From positions 558,001 to 622,000 of the forward strand of contig CM120646.1 of the NCBI GenBank assembly GCA_051362555.1: a stretch of DNA of 64,000 bases, given 5' to 3'. Below are positions 12,221-25,724 of this stretch, piece after piece. The translations under genes and the position numbers were made by a program. Positions within the stretch are counted from its first letter, which is position 1. Every line of letters starts with the position of its first letter. The DNA is from Lingula anatina (taxonomy: Eukaryota; Animalia; Brachiopoda). A model generated the notes under the pieces. It saw only the letters and a program-made list of their open reading frames with translations, did no database searches and was not told where the DNA came from.

Positions 12221-14195
12221 TTTATTGTACCACCAGCGTAGGCGCTGGCGGTACTCATGGTTTTAGTCCCGACCCGTATGTTCCGCCGGCTCCTGTGGCT
12301 CCGCCGGCTCCTGCGGCTCCGCCGCCAAGTCACCGTTACCGCTTCTCCTCCTAGACGGTAAGGGCCTCCATACCCATCTCTTGGATTTAGGTCACCTATA
12401 ATCTCAACTCGTTCCACGTAAAATTTGGGCTTTGTCGGTATTGGGGTCTAGGTGTGGCACTCATTGCAATGCACCCTTGTCCAAAAATGGCAAAATTAAA
12501 TGCTAATTATCTCCCCTACGGTAGGAATTATGGGAAAAATTTCTACAGACAGCTTTCCAAAAGTCATATGTGTAGATTTCAAATATGCCCTTGGATTTGA
12601 CCTTTGACCTTTATTTCAAGGTCAAACGGGCCAAAATTTTCAAAAAAACAAAATTTTTGCCGAAAAAAAATTTTTTTGCGCTCTTATTCAGACACCACAA
12701 ACTTAACTAATAATATTAATGGAAAGTGTTACCCTTCGGGTCATCTTTCATCTCCGTGAATTTGGGGTCAATCGGTGCATTTTCACGGGAGTAGCGGCCA
12801 TAAGATATCAAAACTGAAAATTGTCTCTAATTCGGGAACCGTTAATGCTAGACACCCATTCTTTTTTGCATTTTGTAGAGCATGTAAAGCCCAACACTGG
12901 AAGTGGTCTCCGTTTTTTTGTATTCCATACGGTTTTCGAGTTACGCTTTATCAAAAAGTCATATACTGGTGGTGAAAGCAAAATGTGCGGGCTTGGCAAA
13001 GCAGACAACTTGTGGTCAAAAATGACATTATTTCATCAAATTTGAACATCTGGAACTTCAAAGCACCTCCCATTTCAAGAATTTTGACCAAAATGACCTT
13101 TTCTTTATCTTAATTAATTTTTTTCTGTAGGAAATTTATGGCACACTATGGTAACTCCAAAATTATACCATTTAGTCCCTTATATCTCCAAAACTGGCAG
13201 AGATAGGTCCATAGTTACTATTGAAGTTGAAAAGGAAGTCATATACTGGCAATCTAAATGTGACCTTAAAATTGACCTTTGACCTACTTTTCACCATGAA
13301 CTGAACTTTGTAAATTTTGCGTCCCTTTTATCTCCAAAACTGGCAGATATAGGTCCATAGTTACTATTGAACTTGAATAGGAAGTCATATACTGGCAATC
13401 TGAATGTGACCTTAAAATTGACCTTTGACCTACTTTTCACCATGAACTGAACTTTGCAAATTTTGTTTCCCTTTTATCTCCAAAACTGGCAGAGATAGGT
13501 CCATAGTTACTATTGAACTTGAATGGGAAGTCATATACTGGCAATCTAAATGTGACCTTGAAATTGACCTTTGACCTACTTTTCACCATGAACTAACCTT
13601 TGCAAATTTTGCTGCCCTTTTATCTCCAAAACTGGCAGAGATAGGTCCATAGTTACTATTGAACTTGAATAGGAAGTCATATACTGGCAATCCAAATGTG
13701 ACCTTGAAATTGACCTTTGACCTACTTTTCACCATGAACTGAACTTTGCAAATTTTGCTTCCCTTTTATCTCCAAATCTGGCAGAGATAGGTCCATAGTT
13801 ACTATTGAACGTTGATAGGAAGTCATACACTGGCAATCTAAATGTGACCTTGAAATTGACATTTGACCTACTTTTCACCATGAACTGATCTTTGCAAATT
13901 TTGCTTCCCTTTTATCTCCAAAACTGGCAGAGATAGGTCCATAGTTACTATTGAACTTTAATAGGAAGTCATATACTGGCAATCTTAACGTGACCTTGAA
14001 ATTGTCCTTTGACCTACTTTTCACCATGAACTGAACTTTGCAAATTTTGCTTCCCTTTTATCTCCCAAACTGGCAGAGATAGGTCCAAAGTTACTATTGA
14101 AGTTGAATAGGAAGTCATATACTAGCAATCTAAATGTGACCTTAAAATTGACCTTTGACCTACTTTTCACCATGAACTGAACTCTGCTAATTTCT
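12221..14195 (+). mobile_element. Helentron/HINE-type element carrying a tandem satellite array (3' end not seen)
   Basis: The 5' end TTATT-GTACCACCAGCG-TAGG-CGCTGGCGGTAC is palindromic. It is followed by a (CCGCCGGCT)-type microsatellite, a TGACCTT-rich core and then a 146-bp tandem array. Confidence 0.65.
13183..14190. repeat. Tandem satellite, 146-bp unit x ~7
   Basis: The unit marker TCTCC(A/C)AA recurs at 13185, 13331, 13477, 13623, 13769, 13915 and 14061, an exact period of 146. Confidence 0.95.
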
Positions 14196-14398
14196 TTCTC
14201 TTTTAATTCCATTTGTTTTTTGTGAGAGAACAGATAAATCTAGTAAGTAAACCTTAACCTGTCCCAGCAAAGTAACAGAGTATAGGGATAACACGGGTAC
14301 CGAATCCCTGAAATTCACTATCATGATATGTAAACATTTACACACGCTTAACAGACATTCTAAGCAAAACACAACAATTAATCAACCAAGTGCAAGAA

Positions 14399-14716
14399 CA
14401 GGCCTACCCAACTACCAGACTCGGCACGAAATGATCCTGAATTCACTGGTATATTGGACCACACTACCAGTTTTCAAGGTGTGCGTCAGTACGCACTTAG
14501 AAGTATCAGACGCGACACCGCTCTTTCCTAGTACGCAATGTGATAGTGATGATTCTTAGCGGGGCTGGAAAGTAGTGCATCTCATCTCAAAATTTGTTCC
14601 AGGGTATGATACTGTGATATGTGCACTGACTCACACCTTTAATATGGGTAGTGTGGTCCAATATACCGGTGAATTCGGGATCATTCGGTGCCGAGTCTGG
14701 TAGTTGGGTAGGCCTG
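14399..14716. mobile_element. Non-autonomous DNA transposon, CAGGCCT(A/T)CCCAACTACCAGACTC TIR family, short copy (hAT5-like)
   Basis: Long TIRs and a 5-bp TSD AAGAA on both sides. Inserted 20 nt from the gene-2 splice donor. Confidence 0.85.
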
Positions 14717-17700
14717 AAGAAACAAATATCCTTACATATTTTTCAGGAAAACAAGCGTCTTCAATATATAGTTCTGCTTTTCCTTCTTTGTTGAAGTATA
14801 ATCTGCTGTTCCCTGTATTCTGTGCATACGATTGCATATCATTCTTTTTTTCACTCATGGCATTTGGCAATATATCACTGTTCGCCTCAGAAAGACCACC
14901 AGATTTAAGTTCTTTTTCGCCTTGCACACTGACGTCTCCTAGTTGCGTCTCATGAATATCAATAATATTTATACAATTGTTGGCTGTATTTAGTGTTAAC
15001 TGGTGTAAGTACTGCAACAAAATGTGCTGTAAAGTTTCAGCCAAGGCAGCCAGGTAGGGAAAACTCTTTCGAGGATACTCATCACTACCTTTTGGTACTT
15101 CGAAGTATTTTTGAGTTTTAGCATTTTCCAGACATAAGTTTTTAGCAGATAACTGTACTGGGCAACCAGACAGTCCATTTATCAACCAGTCTTTTTTTTC
15201 GACCTCCATATTGGAATTGAAAAGATCCAACTTCACATGGAACAATGACAACTTAGTTTCATATTCCAAGGATGAAAAGTTTTAATCTTTGTCATACGGT
15301 GGGACGCATCTGATTTTCTTTTTTCAACCTGCTGTAAGCACCTGAAAAAGAAAACATGGCATTTACGTAGATGTTTGTGACATGCAGAAACTGAAACTAC
15401 ATGCAGAAGCAAATTCACATTACATTATTTTAAGAACATTTGGCAATATATAGGATCAAAATGTGATACTAGCATATATTTAGAAAAAAATTATCATTCA
15501 AAATATATTGCTTCCTAAACTGCAACCTTTGTTTTCTTTTGGCATGTTATATATAAGCCGGCTTTGGACCCAGAAAACAAGAGCGTATAGAGCAAATTGA
15601 CATTCTCCCTTTGGCTAATCTCGGTTCTAAGTTAGGTCTACAGAACCAGTATTTGACATGCTTCAAACTTTACCAACTACTAGTCCAAACGCTAATTAAT
15701 ATTCAACATCTAACTTATACATCCACTAAACCATATCAGAATAGTCACTTCTGTTTACACACTCATGCTGTTGGAAGATTGGTAGCACACCAAATGCAAT
15801 CGCTGAAAAGGATTTCGTTTAGCTTTTTTTCACTGCTGTCAGCGTCGCCATTTTGATCTGAGTGGCCTACTTAGTATTTGTTCAGGAAATAGTGTTTACA
15901 CATACGTGTCGCTGTAAAATTGGTATGATATATCTTGATTAATACTTAAGGTAGCCTTTAATTTACTAGGACACCGTCATAATCCAGTGAGTTTTAGGTT
16001 ACAGTAAAATAATATTTTCACCACGTAGTAACATACAATGTACCGCCCTAGCACGAAAATCCGTGTGTTAGCACTCCAAATTGACAACTGGTATGTACTG
16101 GCTGCACAGCCAGTACATATCAGAATCGTCAATAAAAAAAGCGAAAAAAATGCTAGCGCTACCCCAGGTAGCCCGTGGCACTCTGCCTTGAATCTTGGAA
16201 GAAAACACAACAAAACAAAAACTGTATGAGTACCAGTAACTTACCATCCATATCTAGAGTACCAGTAGTTTCAATCTATGACCTCATTTGTTTAATATCA
16301 CCTTGTGAATGTGTGCTTGTTTATCGAGATCGTACAGTACGGTACGTGTTCGTCCTTATCGCTGCTCACGTCTGCGCATGTGCAATAAGCGCATTTTTAA
16401 AAAAATAAACAACTTACACGAATTTGATATTTAAGGCCGAATAGTAAAAACGACCAAACGCATAGAAACAATGTCCTGGACTTATAAGTTTTTATAAAAA
16501 ATTAAAACATATTTCCCAAAAGGCCAATAGAAGACAGAGATTAAAGTCATAATAACTCTTCGTTTTGGCCAAAAATACGATTTTCCTGGAAAAAACGGCA
16601 ATTTTCCCGTACTTGCCAATGGTCAACGACCCCATTCCTGCATTCAAATTTAATCCAGGGTTTTTTTCCTAAACGTACGGTTTTTTGTTAAAATCTCTTA
16701 AGAGATTTTAACTGACGGAGCCCTCTCGTATCGAGCGATAGTTTCTAGTGACCTACTTAAAACCGCGGGAAAAGCAGACAACGTTAACAACACTATATAA
16801 CAATATTATAAGATTCATAAGATATATTCGTCTTTTTTGCTCAAAATGCATTTATATCTACAATGTGTGCAATTCTGGGCTTTTCGTTATCCGACGCACT
16901 GTAAAAAACTCGCAACTTACGTCTGAGGGTTTCCCGCCATGTTATTTTGGTCTCGAATGAACGCGAGAATCCGCGTGACACCATTACGTCATTAGCAACG
17001 GATGCACTTGTCGACCGCGAAGAAAGCATCGAAAGCCCAAGTGACAAGCACAGATTTTAGTTTTACTACAATAACAGTCGTTTTAGTGGGAAAATGCAAC
17101 AGAATATATTTCCAGGCGTCGTTTACAATGTATTTCTTGCGGAATTTTGAATCTCAAAGGAAGAGTTATTATTGCTTTAAGTGCAGTGTCCAGCGGATGA
17201 CGCTATATAGCCGCCAATTTGGGGCGAAAAAGGCCGTTTTCGGAGTTGGGATTTTCTCTATAACCAAGACAGCTATTCAAGTGATTCAAACGGCCTCATA
17301 AAGCTGGATGAAAGCACTTCAATCGGTTACCAGGGAATTGTCTTAAACTATTTACTTTTGATTTTATCATCTTTTACGTTAAATTTCCCCATGTTTCAAT
17401 GGGTAATTCACTTCAAAAGACGATAACTTTCAAACAAACAATTTCTTCTAAAACCCCTGATATCAGGCTGTTGTCCACATTCCCAACAACAATTAATACA
17501 ACTTTTGTAACGATCGGTTGCTCAGATAGTGAGATATACTTGACAGCGATTCACTTATCTCGTCAATATAGAAAGCTGTTAAAACAGCCAAAAACGTTCA
17601 CAGGTTGGTTAAGGCCTGTAATAGGGTTAACTACGCTTAAAATTATGTCTTTGAGTTTTTTGTGTGTTTCTATTTATCAAAAAAGTATCTAACGTTGGAT

Positions 17701-19544
17701 GTAATAATTTTATCAATTTGCACCGCAAAATGTGTCTTTTGATGAGTTTTTCAACCGGCACGCGCCCCTGTCAGGCTGACAACTAAGCCACGCCTCTGTT
17801 ACTAAGGGCTGTTGCCATGAGTGGGGGGGGGGGGGGAGGGGGGGGCGGAGCATAGCTAATGAGCTATAAGCAGATTACGTGTGCGGTAATAGGCCATAAG
17901 TCTTACATCAGCTTAGCAGTGAAGAAGTCTAGTACGCTATGGGGAAGAGAAAAGTTCGTGTTAAAATGGTCCATTTCCAGAGGAAAGAGAAATTTTTGAA
18001 AGAGAGTAGGGCCTATGCGCGGCGGTTGGGGAAAACCGGTATATTTGTTCAGTCGGATGACCGATTTCTGTATACCAAATAAATGGGTGAAAGAGTTAAT
18101 CGAATCGTGTAAATTAATTGACAAATGTATTTGTAAAAAAAATCGATAACTACAAAAAAAAAAAAAAAAAACTCTAAAAAGGATACTTTTAGCCTAGCTC
18201 TTAATTTTGGCAATACATATCGGCGAGATTCTTCGAGATATGATATCAGGGATCTTGAGAGACACGCTAAAAATTGTGATGTGAATGGCCAAACGAGAGA
18301 AATCCAAGCAAGGGTTGACAGCATGATTAAAACAATATCAATAAAAATAAAAACGCATGTTAGCGGCTTTGCATTTTGCGATGTTTGGAGAAAAATAATT
18401 TCAAAATCACTGATCAAGCGGAAAGAAAGAGTTTAAAATGTACCCAAAAATGAAAATCACAAAAAGACCCCGAGAATAGTCAAGACTAGCAGGTAGAAAG
18501 CAAATAGGGTCTTTAGAAGTGTCATGTGTGTAAAAATAAAATGTCTAATTTGCAAGTTTGTTTGTAACTTGCATGATATCTTTCATATCCAAAGCAACAT
18601 AATGCCTTTATACATTTACATTTGTCTCCAAAAGAATACATAGGGCCTAACAGTAACGTGCAAGTTTATTCAAAACTAATAATAGATAACAAATAATAAT
18701 AGAATATTTATGCTCTATTATTATTTTTTTAATGTATCACATTGATCTTCTCAAAAAAATTATTAATTTGCCCTGCTCCCACCCCCGAGTTCACAGTTAC
18801 CAGGAAAATCAGTTTAGAACTACTACTGTCACCCATGCATTTGTCTATTGATTCATCAAATTGGTAGCATAAATTAAATCTATTTTGAGAGCTGAACGCT
18901 AGTAGGCTACTTCAAAAATTGTCAAAGTGTTTTGTCGGAGAAAGACAGAAAGGAGAGCTATAGTAGACCTTGTATTAAATCAACCATTTGAACTACATTA
19001 TACAGCAATTTTATTGGGAAGTGCAACAACAATAAAGGTATGTGTACAGTAAATCAGTCTTTTGATTTTTATAATGCATATGGGAGTAAAATTGGGGTTT
19101 CTGAGCAAAATGTTATTTCAGTACAAAAGAGCTCCATGCTAGAGTAGAGAATAACATCATGTTAATCTTCACACCTGGTTAAAATCACACACTATAAGCA
19201 CTTTGTCATTGTTGCAGGAGTAGACAATGTTAAAAAAATCTGGTAGCCAAAGACTATAGCATCAAGAATCCCATGTAAGGACAATGTCTACTCATAAGCA
19301 GGGTAAAATCGTTCTTTCTTTCTTTTTTTTCACTTCTGATGTTATCTAGCTCAGAAAAAATATAGCACCTTGTTTTATGTAAATACTTTAGTTGTAGCTT
19401 GAACTTGGCATTCCAATCTTGATCTGGGTGACAGTCAAGTTTCATTGTTGCTTCCTGTTATCAGAGTCCTGTCCAAAACTGCTAAATGTTCCCCATGGCA
19501 GAACTGATCTTATCACTTTACTCAATTACTCAAGGTTGGACAAA

Positions 19545-22476
19545 CCCTTACAAAATCCTATAGGATTTCCTATAAGATTTCCTATAGGATCCTAGAGGAA
19601 TTCCTATAGGATCCTATAGGATTTCCTTTAGAATTTCCTATAGGATCCTATAGGAAATCTTATAGGATCCTATAGGAAATCTTATAGGAACCTATAGAAA
19701 TTCATATTAACTGCTTTGAATATTTTTACAGCTTTTTATATATTGTTGGATCTTTGGCAAAATTGGTAATTGGCACTGGTCCCTCAAAACAAAAGAGAAT
19801 ATCATGTTTACATTCTTTATTCAATATGTATAAATGTATGTACATATTCCACAGTATGGTATGCAACCAGCTTACTAGAGAATTGTTTCATAGATTATTG
19901 CAAATTTAATGGTGTTGCTACTGCTTTTTAATTATAAGTTCTATAAGTTATCACAAGTATCCAATATGTCTTGTCAAGCTGTGGCGTCACTGTCTTTTTC
20001 TTGTGTGAGTTCAAACTCCTGCCAGAATGAGTGGCTAAAACCTCCCTTGGCCAGACCGTGTCCATTGTCAGCATACTGCTTTAGTCACTTAATAATTGAA
20101 GAATTTTAGACAAAAGTCTTTTGCACATTGTTCAACTTTACTGTGATAAGTATTTTGCACATTGTTCAACTTTACTGTGATAGCCTTCTTAACCTCTGTC
20201 TGAGTTGTGTTGAACCATTTGCAGACGCATATTCTGAAAGAAAGACATTGTGAATTTCAATTAATTGTACATGTCTACAAAAATGCAAAATGATTAAGGA
20301 AACATTTTCTAATGAGATCAATAATAATCATTGCACCAATTCTATTTTGAGCAATTCATAGCCTTTATTAGTTAACTGAATTTTTTTCAAAGACAAGGTA
20401 TTAAAGCTGGATAATTTGTAAAAAAAAATATAAAGAACATGAACATATTTCATAGGACCAAGCCCACAGGAACAATCAGAAACGAATTTTAAAATGCAGA
20501 AATCCACAGTGGAGAAAACTCTACTCTGGTTAAATATGCAATTGGGCCATTACAGAGCTGCCAGGGCCGAAAAAGTCTCAAAAACTCATAGAAAACTCAT
20601 TGTCGAGGGTAAACAGTAATTCCCTATTCTCACCAGTCTTTGCTTGACCTAAATAATCAGTCCAAACCACAAAAAAAGCAACCCCCAAGTTAAAAATTTA
20701 TAGCTTTTGTGTAAGCAAAATGGCCAGATTTTCACAATGCACATTTCATTTCCATTATGTATAGGTAAGCAAAATATATTTTTTAAACAAACTATGGTGT
20801 TTACCTCACATTAAGGGTTGAAAAGAAATTAAAGGGAAATAAAACTTGGCAAATAAACGATCCTGAAGAACATGTGAGGTAATGAAATTTGCCCTGACAG
20901 CCCCTCTAACATGTTTATTGGTATGTTATTATTAGCATGAGTCTTTCTCAGTTATATATCATGATGGTCCCTTGGAGGCAGTTGTGGATAACATTAAATA
21001 GATAATTTTTAATAAATTACAAACCGAAAGTTAAATGAAATGTAAAGTTTTTTTAGATTCAACTGCATTTAAAGAAATATGAGCAATTGATCACAGTTTT
21101 ATAAGAAATAAAGAGACTAAACAATGATTGCATTATGTATCCTTGTTTCTTCATTATAAATTATAACTTGTTTAATGTAATATAGATATGATGTTTACAA
21201 GGTACACTACAAATTAGATCAATTAATTATCTCATTTTCAATTTGATTAGATGCCCAAATGATCCAATGCATTTACTGTAATACATACCTTCCTCAATCC
21301 GATTTTCTACACTCTGTACCCTTCCACTATGCTCCTTAATTTAAACTGTCTTGATAGCTGTATACTCATTTGCTGCTTGTCTCATATAAACAAAGACTTA
21401 GACAGGATACCACACATCTGATAACACCTAATAGGCGGTTACTGTTACTAGTGTAACAATAGCTACAGGAGTAGTGACCTAATAATAGGTGCCAGGCTAA
21501 CAAAAGAAATTCACAGTTGTTGAATCTGTGGTTATGGCTGGTGGAGTAGGGCATTCTCTAGCTAACATCAGTTGACTGTTAAACCTTACAAGTGATTGAG
21601 CATGGTTTATAATAAAATGTATCTTTATAAACATATGATATGGTTTATTTGGGTTTAAAGCTGAGGGACTGTGGAAGTATTCTATTCACACATACTTGAA
21701 TGGAGTCAAAAGTTGAAGATGTGCTGGCATGCATTAGGTGTGTGTGAAAGTTATCTTCCAGAGTTTCTCAGTGGAAAGTAAAAATAGATAAACATGAAAC
21801 AATGTTATTTTGACTATTAATCGGTAATAAAAATCTAAGGAAATTCAATGAAGCAACTATTCTGATTTTGGAACTGAACGGCATTTCTGTTGTCTCTTCG
21901 CCTGCTGATAAACATATTAATTTGTCCTCGTTTCCCATCCTTTATGAGGGACATTACTATACCCATAATGTTCACTTATACTTTTACATTATATTTTATA
22001 TATTAAGCAGGATTGCACTATCACTTTTTAAAACAGCCAAGGTCAAGTAAAATCTGATTAGATAAGGTTGACGTTCAATATAATAGAAGAAATATGAAGT
22101 AAGTGAATATGATCACACAAAAAGTAAAAATACATTATATACTGATATTAAGACCAGTTTCATTTTTTCTTCATTCAACCCGGCCTTATAAAAATTTCCT
22201 ATATGAATTAGCATAGGATTTCCTATAGGTTCCTATAGAAATTCCTATAAGATTTCCTGAAGGAATTTTTGGAATGGTCTGAAAATATATTAAAATTATA
22301 TACTGATATTTAGACCAGTTTCTTTTTTTTTTCATATAACCTGGCCTTATAAAATAATTAATGAATTAGCATAGGGTTTCCTATAGGTTCCTATAGAAAT
22401 TCCTATAAGATTTCCTATAGGTTCCTATAGAAATTCCTATAAGATTTCCTATAGGATCCTATAGGAATTTTTGTAA
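19545..22476. mobile_element. DNA transposon remnant with arrays of CCTATAGG palindromic subterminal repeats (EnSpm/CACTA-like, tentative)
   Basis: Left end CCCTTACAAAATCCTATAGGA mirrors right end TCCTATAGGAATTTTTGTAA (the terminal GGG is missing). CCTATAGG arrays lie at ~19555-19700 and ~22195-22470. Confidence 0.55.
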
Positions 22477-22940
22477 TAATGTTATAGAGTTTGATGATTT
22501 TGTTGTCTCAAAATAACATATTAGACAGCAACTTTTACCTTTAAAAAGGTATTCTAATGACTCCCGTGATGTTCATACATACACTGCATTGGTCTGATTG
22601 CTGCCAGATCCGCTTCTTACTCGCCAAAAAGGGATAAATCCACGGAGAAAATTTCGGCACTTCCAAACCTGAGCTGTGACCTTTGACCTCCCAGCAAAGT
22701 TTCAGTGAACACTATTCGCCCTAATTACGCAATAAGTCGACTTGCACAAAGACCACCAACTGAGATAACCAATCAACTGACTTATCATACCCGGTAGAAC
22801 ATGAACTCAAAGGGAATTCCAAACCGTTCTTAATATGAACTAATGACAAAGTCAAAATAATAACGTGGGCAAATATCTGACAATAAAATACACTCGGCAG
22901 GCTTTTGACACATCAAAGAAAATTGAAAAATACGATAACC

Positions 22941-25107
22941 ATGGCTGCCAGAGCAAAATGTAGTGTAAAAAGTGGGGAAAAAATACAGTCCTCCACCGCA
23001 ACTGCCTAAACCTAAAAGAACACTAAGCGAGTTATCGAGCACAAGTGATGAAAACAGTCTGCAGATACTTACAGAGTTAGAAGAAATAAAATGTGTATTA
23101 GACAAAACTGTTAAAATCGAGGACTTAAAGGAAATAGTGAAAGGTGTGATACAAGAAATGATGACAGAAATGAGGAAAGAATACGAAGAGCGCATGAAAT
23201 CTGTTGAACAAAAGCACATCGAGGAGAGGAGAAAGCTACAAGATCAAATCGACGGGATGAACCTCGAGGTCCACAATCTGAGGGAACGGCTCTCTGAAAA
23301 GGATAAAGAGGTGAGAGGTCTAAAAAAATCAATGAATGAATGTAGAACTCTCTCCATGGAAGCTAGCTCTCTTGCTAACAGAAACGAACAATACTCTCGG
23401 AAAACCAATGTCAAAATATAGGGGAGACCGGGGCTAGTTGGACCCCGGGGTAAGTTGGCCCCCCGTCAATTTATGAAAAAGTAACTACGAGGTAAAAAAA
23501 CTGGCCACATACTTTTGCAAAGTGACCATAGCCTACAATGCTAAGGAAGTGTCGGACGTCAAAAAGTTTTACTTAAGCGGTGAGTCGAAATAAACGATTT
23601 TTGCACCTAAAAGTAATTTTGTTTAAGATATTTAAAAATCTATTTTCATAGGCTTTTGATCGAATATAAGATATGTATAGGGCATCAAACTGAAGCTCAT
23701 TGTTTCAGGTTTCAAAGAGATGTATCATTGTTGCTCATTCTAGCACCATAAATGGCTACCATCCTTTAAAATAAATAATGTGCACCCGGGGCTAGTTGGC
23801 CCCCTTGACTCGGGGCAAGTTGGACCCTCATATTACCCACAAACCTTTGCGCGCAACGCTGTTTGAAATAAACAAGTTGGTGAAATTGACAAAGCTTGCC
23901 GGTGTCTATTACCGTCTGATTGATTTTTTTAATTTTCTCTCTGGTGTCTTTTTGAAAATTTATATTAGAAATATTCTGTTGATTGTAAGTATTAAAAAGC
24001 AAATCCATTGGACTTTCCGTAGAAAAACATTTATTTTGCCTTAATTCATTGTAAGGGGATTCCCTTTGTATTTATAGTGTTATATGTGGCTCATAGGGGA
24101 TTTTCCACCCCTCCCTAGCTAGAGACCATTGTTGAAATAAACTCAATGGTTTAAAACTGGATTTGTTACTTTCTTTTAAAAAGAAAATTTATTATTCGTT
24201 TTCATTCATTAAAAACCTTCTTTATACCATTATTTATTTATTCTTAATTAAAACAAAACACATTTTATTGATAGATATTTTGGTTCTTGCAACACATACC
24301 CCCCCCCCCCCCAAACAACGTGACGTACGGAAACCTCAATAAATCTGCCTTATTTGAACTGTTTATTCATCAAAGACTCTCAAAAATCAATTAAATAAAT
24401 TAAAAAATTATAAAAATGTATTTCAAGGCGTTTACGTGGGATATATATTTCATTTTCATATAGGGGGGCCAACTTGCCCCGACCCTGGGGCCAACTTGCC
24501 CCATGGCGGGGCAAGTTGGCCCCCTTGACGTCAACTGCGTTTTTTGTCAAATTGTGAGCCACCTGGCATTATATTTGAAAAATAATGACGTTGCATGCGT
24601 AGCTTAGTTCATGGGGCTTACTTTGAAACCGGTTTTGTTACTCTAACCCATTCCTAGTTGGCTCTACAAGGCCAAAAGTGTCTAACTGGGCCAACTAGCC
24701 CCGGTCTCCCCTACGGTATCACAGAAACATTGAATGAAAACATAAAGGAGAAAGTGAAAGATATGATGAAAACGGTCGCAAAGATAGAAATCAAAGATGA
24801 TGAAATTATGGCTTTACATAGAATCCCAGGAAAACCAGGAGAACCGCGACCAATAATAATGAAAGTAAAAAACACGGAAACCAAATCAAAGATTATGAAA
24901 AAGCGCAAAACAGTGAGGCAGTCTGGCAATGCTTTAAAGATTTCTGATGACGTTACTGCAGCCAACACAAAACTTATCCAACGCCTAGGACAATGTGAAG
25001 ACATCCAAAATGCCTGGTATTTTAACGGGAGCGTGTATGGCCAACTTGTGAACAGCGAATCGAGAATAAGATTTGATATACACGATAATCTTGACGATAA
25101 AATTTAA
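22941..25107 (+). pseudogene. LINE ORF1 (coiled-coil + RRM-like), interrupted by a MITE
   Basis: A coiled-coil followed by RNEQYSRKTNVKI, which continues after the insertion as YGITE...ALHRIPGKPGEPRPIIMKV...ISDDVT...AWYFNGSVYG. These are typical ORF1p motifs. There is a frameshift near the ATG at 22941. Confidence 0.8.
23421..24711. mobile_element. pogo/Tc1-mariner-type MITE with TA TSD
   Basis: TIR GGGGAGACCGGGGCTAGTTGG / CCAACTAGCCCCGGTCTCCCC, TA at 23419-23420 and 24712-24713, and internal repeated GGGGCAAGTTGGCCCC motifs. Excision restores ATA TAC GGT in ORF1. Confidence 0.92.
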
Positions 25108-25724
25108 AGATCAGTCAGAAAATCTTAACTCTAAACAGCTAACATTTATTTAATTGATTTTCTTTAATGTTATTTTTTTTCGCTGGAAATTTAACCATGC
25201 ACAGCAATTAGATCTCTCTCGTTACAAATAAATAGCGCTTAGCATATGCATGACATACGATTACCAACACATGCACGACTTGTGCTGAATAAAAGAACAC
25301 TCATTACCTTTATCTTCACGTCTGATTTTTGTATTTAGGAACAGACTGAGTGGAGAAGAATAACGAACAGGCCTAGCAAGAGCAAGAGGAGGTCGGTGCT
25401 GAATGTCGGGTGGTCCTCACACAGCAAAAAACTAGCCAAGCCAGGTAACTAACAATATAAAGAACAACTCGCTGCAATCATAATTTTCTTGTAAGAAAAA
25501 TACCAGCTGAGGTTCTTAGCTGTGTGATGACTTCCCCGATAGCAACTGCCGAATTAACTCTTAGGTAAATATTTCACTATATCCTGTGAACGTGACATTA
25601 ACAGTATAAAAATTATAATCGACTTGCCTTATTATTACCTTATATGTCCAGCTTAATTAGGTTTATTTCATCTTCAGTTCATTACCATCATATGTTATCC
25701 GCCTTCATTATTTAGTAGGCTTGT

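Larger units (their letters stand above)
9981..15851 (-). pseudogene. Spliced gene of unknown family with frameshift/stop lesions (candidate pseudogene or null allele)
   Basis: Exon 15341-14736 (acceptor ttttcag, donor GTAAG after ...ACFPEKY) splices in phase 0 to an exon starting at 11074 (after tttttttag; TESLVPKMWKAALMRR...). The frame switches near 10322 (QPE/MQDLLSSLEWED to the stop at 9981) and near 15285. A putative exon 1 from ATG 15851 (AAAATGGCG) contains stops. As assembled, a 414-aa ORF is possible from ATG 15209. Confidence 0.6.

Noticed and set aside
12115-12417. Arg-rich protamine-like ORF
   Set aside because: It is the antisense translation of the GC-rich microsatellite at the Helentron 5' end.
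13183-14190. Regularly spaced repeats as a CRISPR array
   Set aside because: The whole 146-bp unit is repeated with no unique spacers, there are no cas genes, and the context is eukaryotic.
16428-17800. Possible Kolobok/hAT element after TTAA
   Set aside because: No convincing matching TIR or TSD pair could be identified by eye.
17823-17845. G-run as a functional G-quadruplex (also 50114-50160)
   Set aside because: Simple homopolymer tracts inside TE-like sequence; nothing supports a function.
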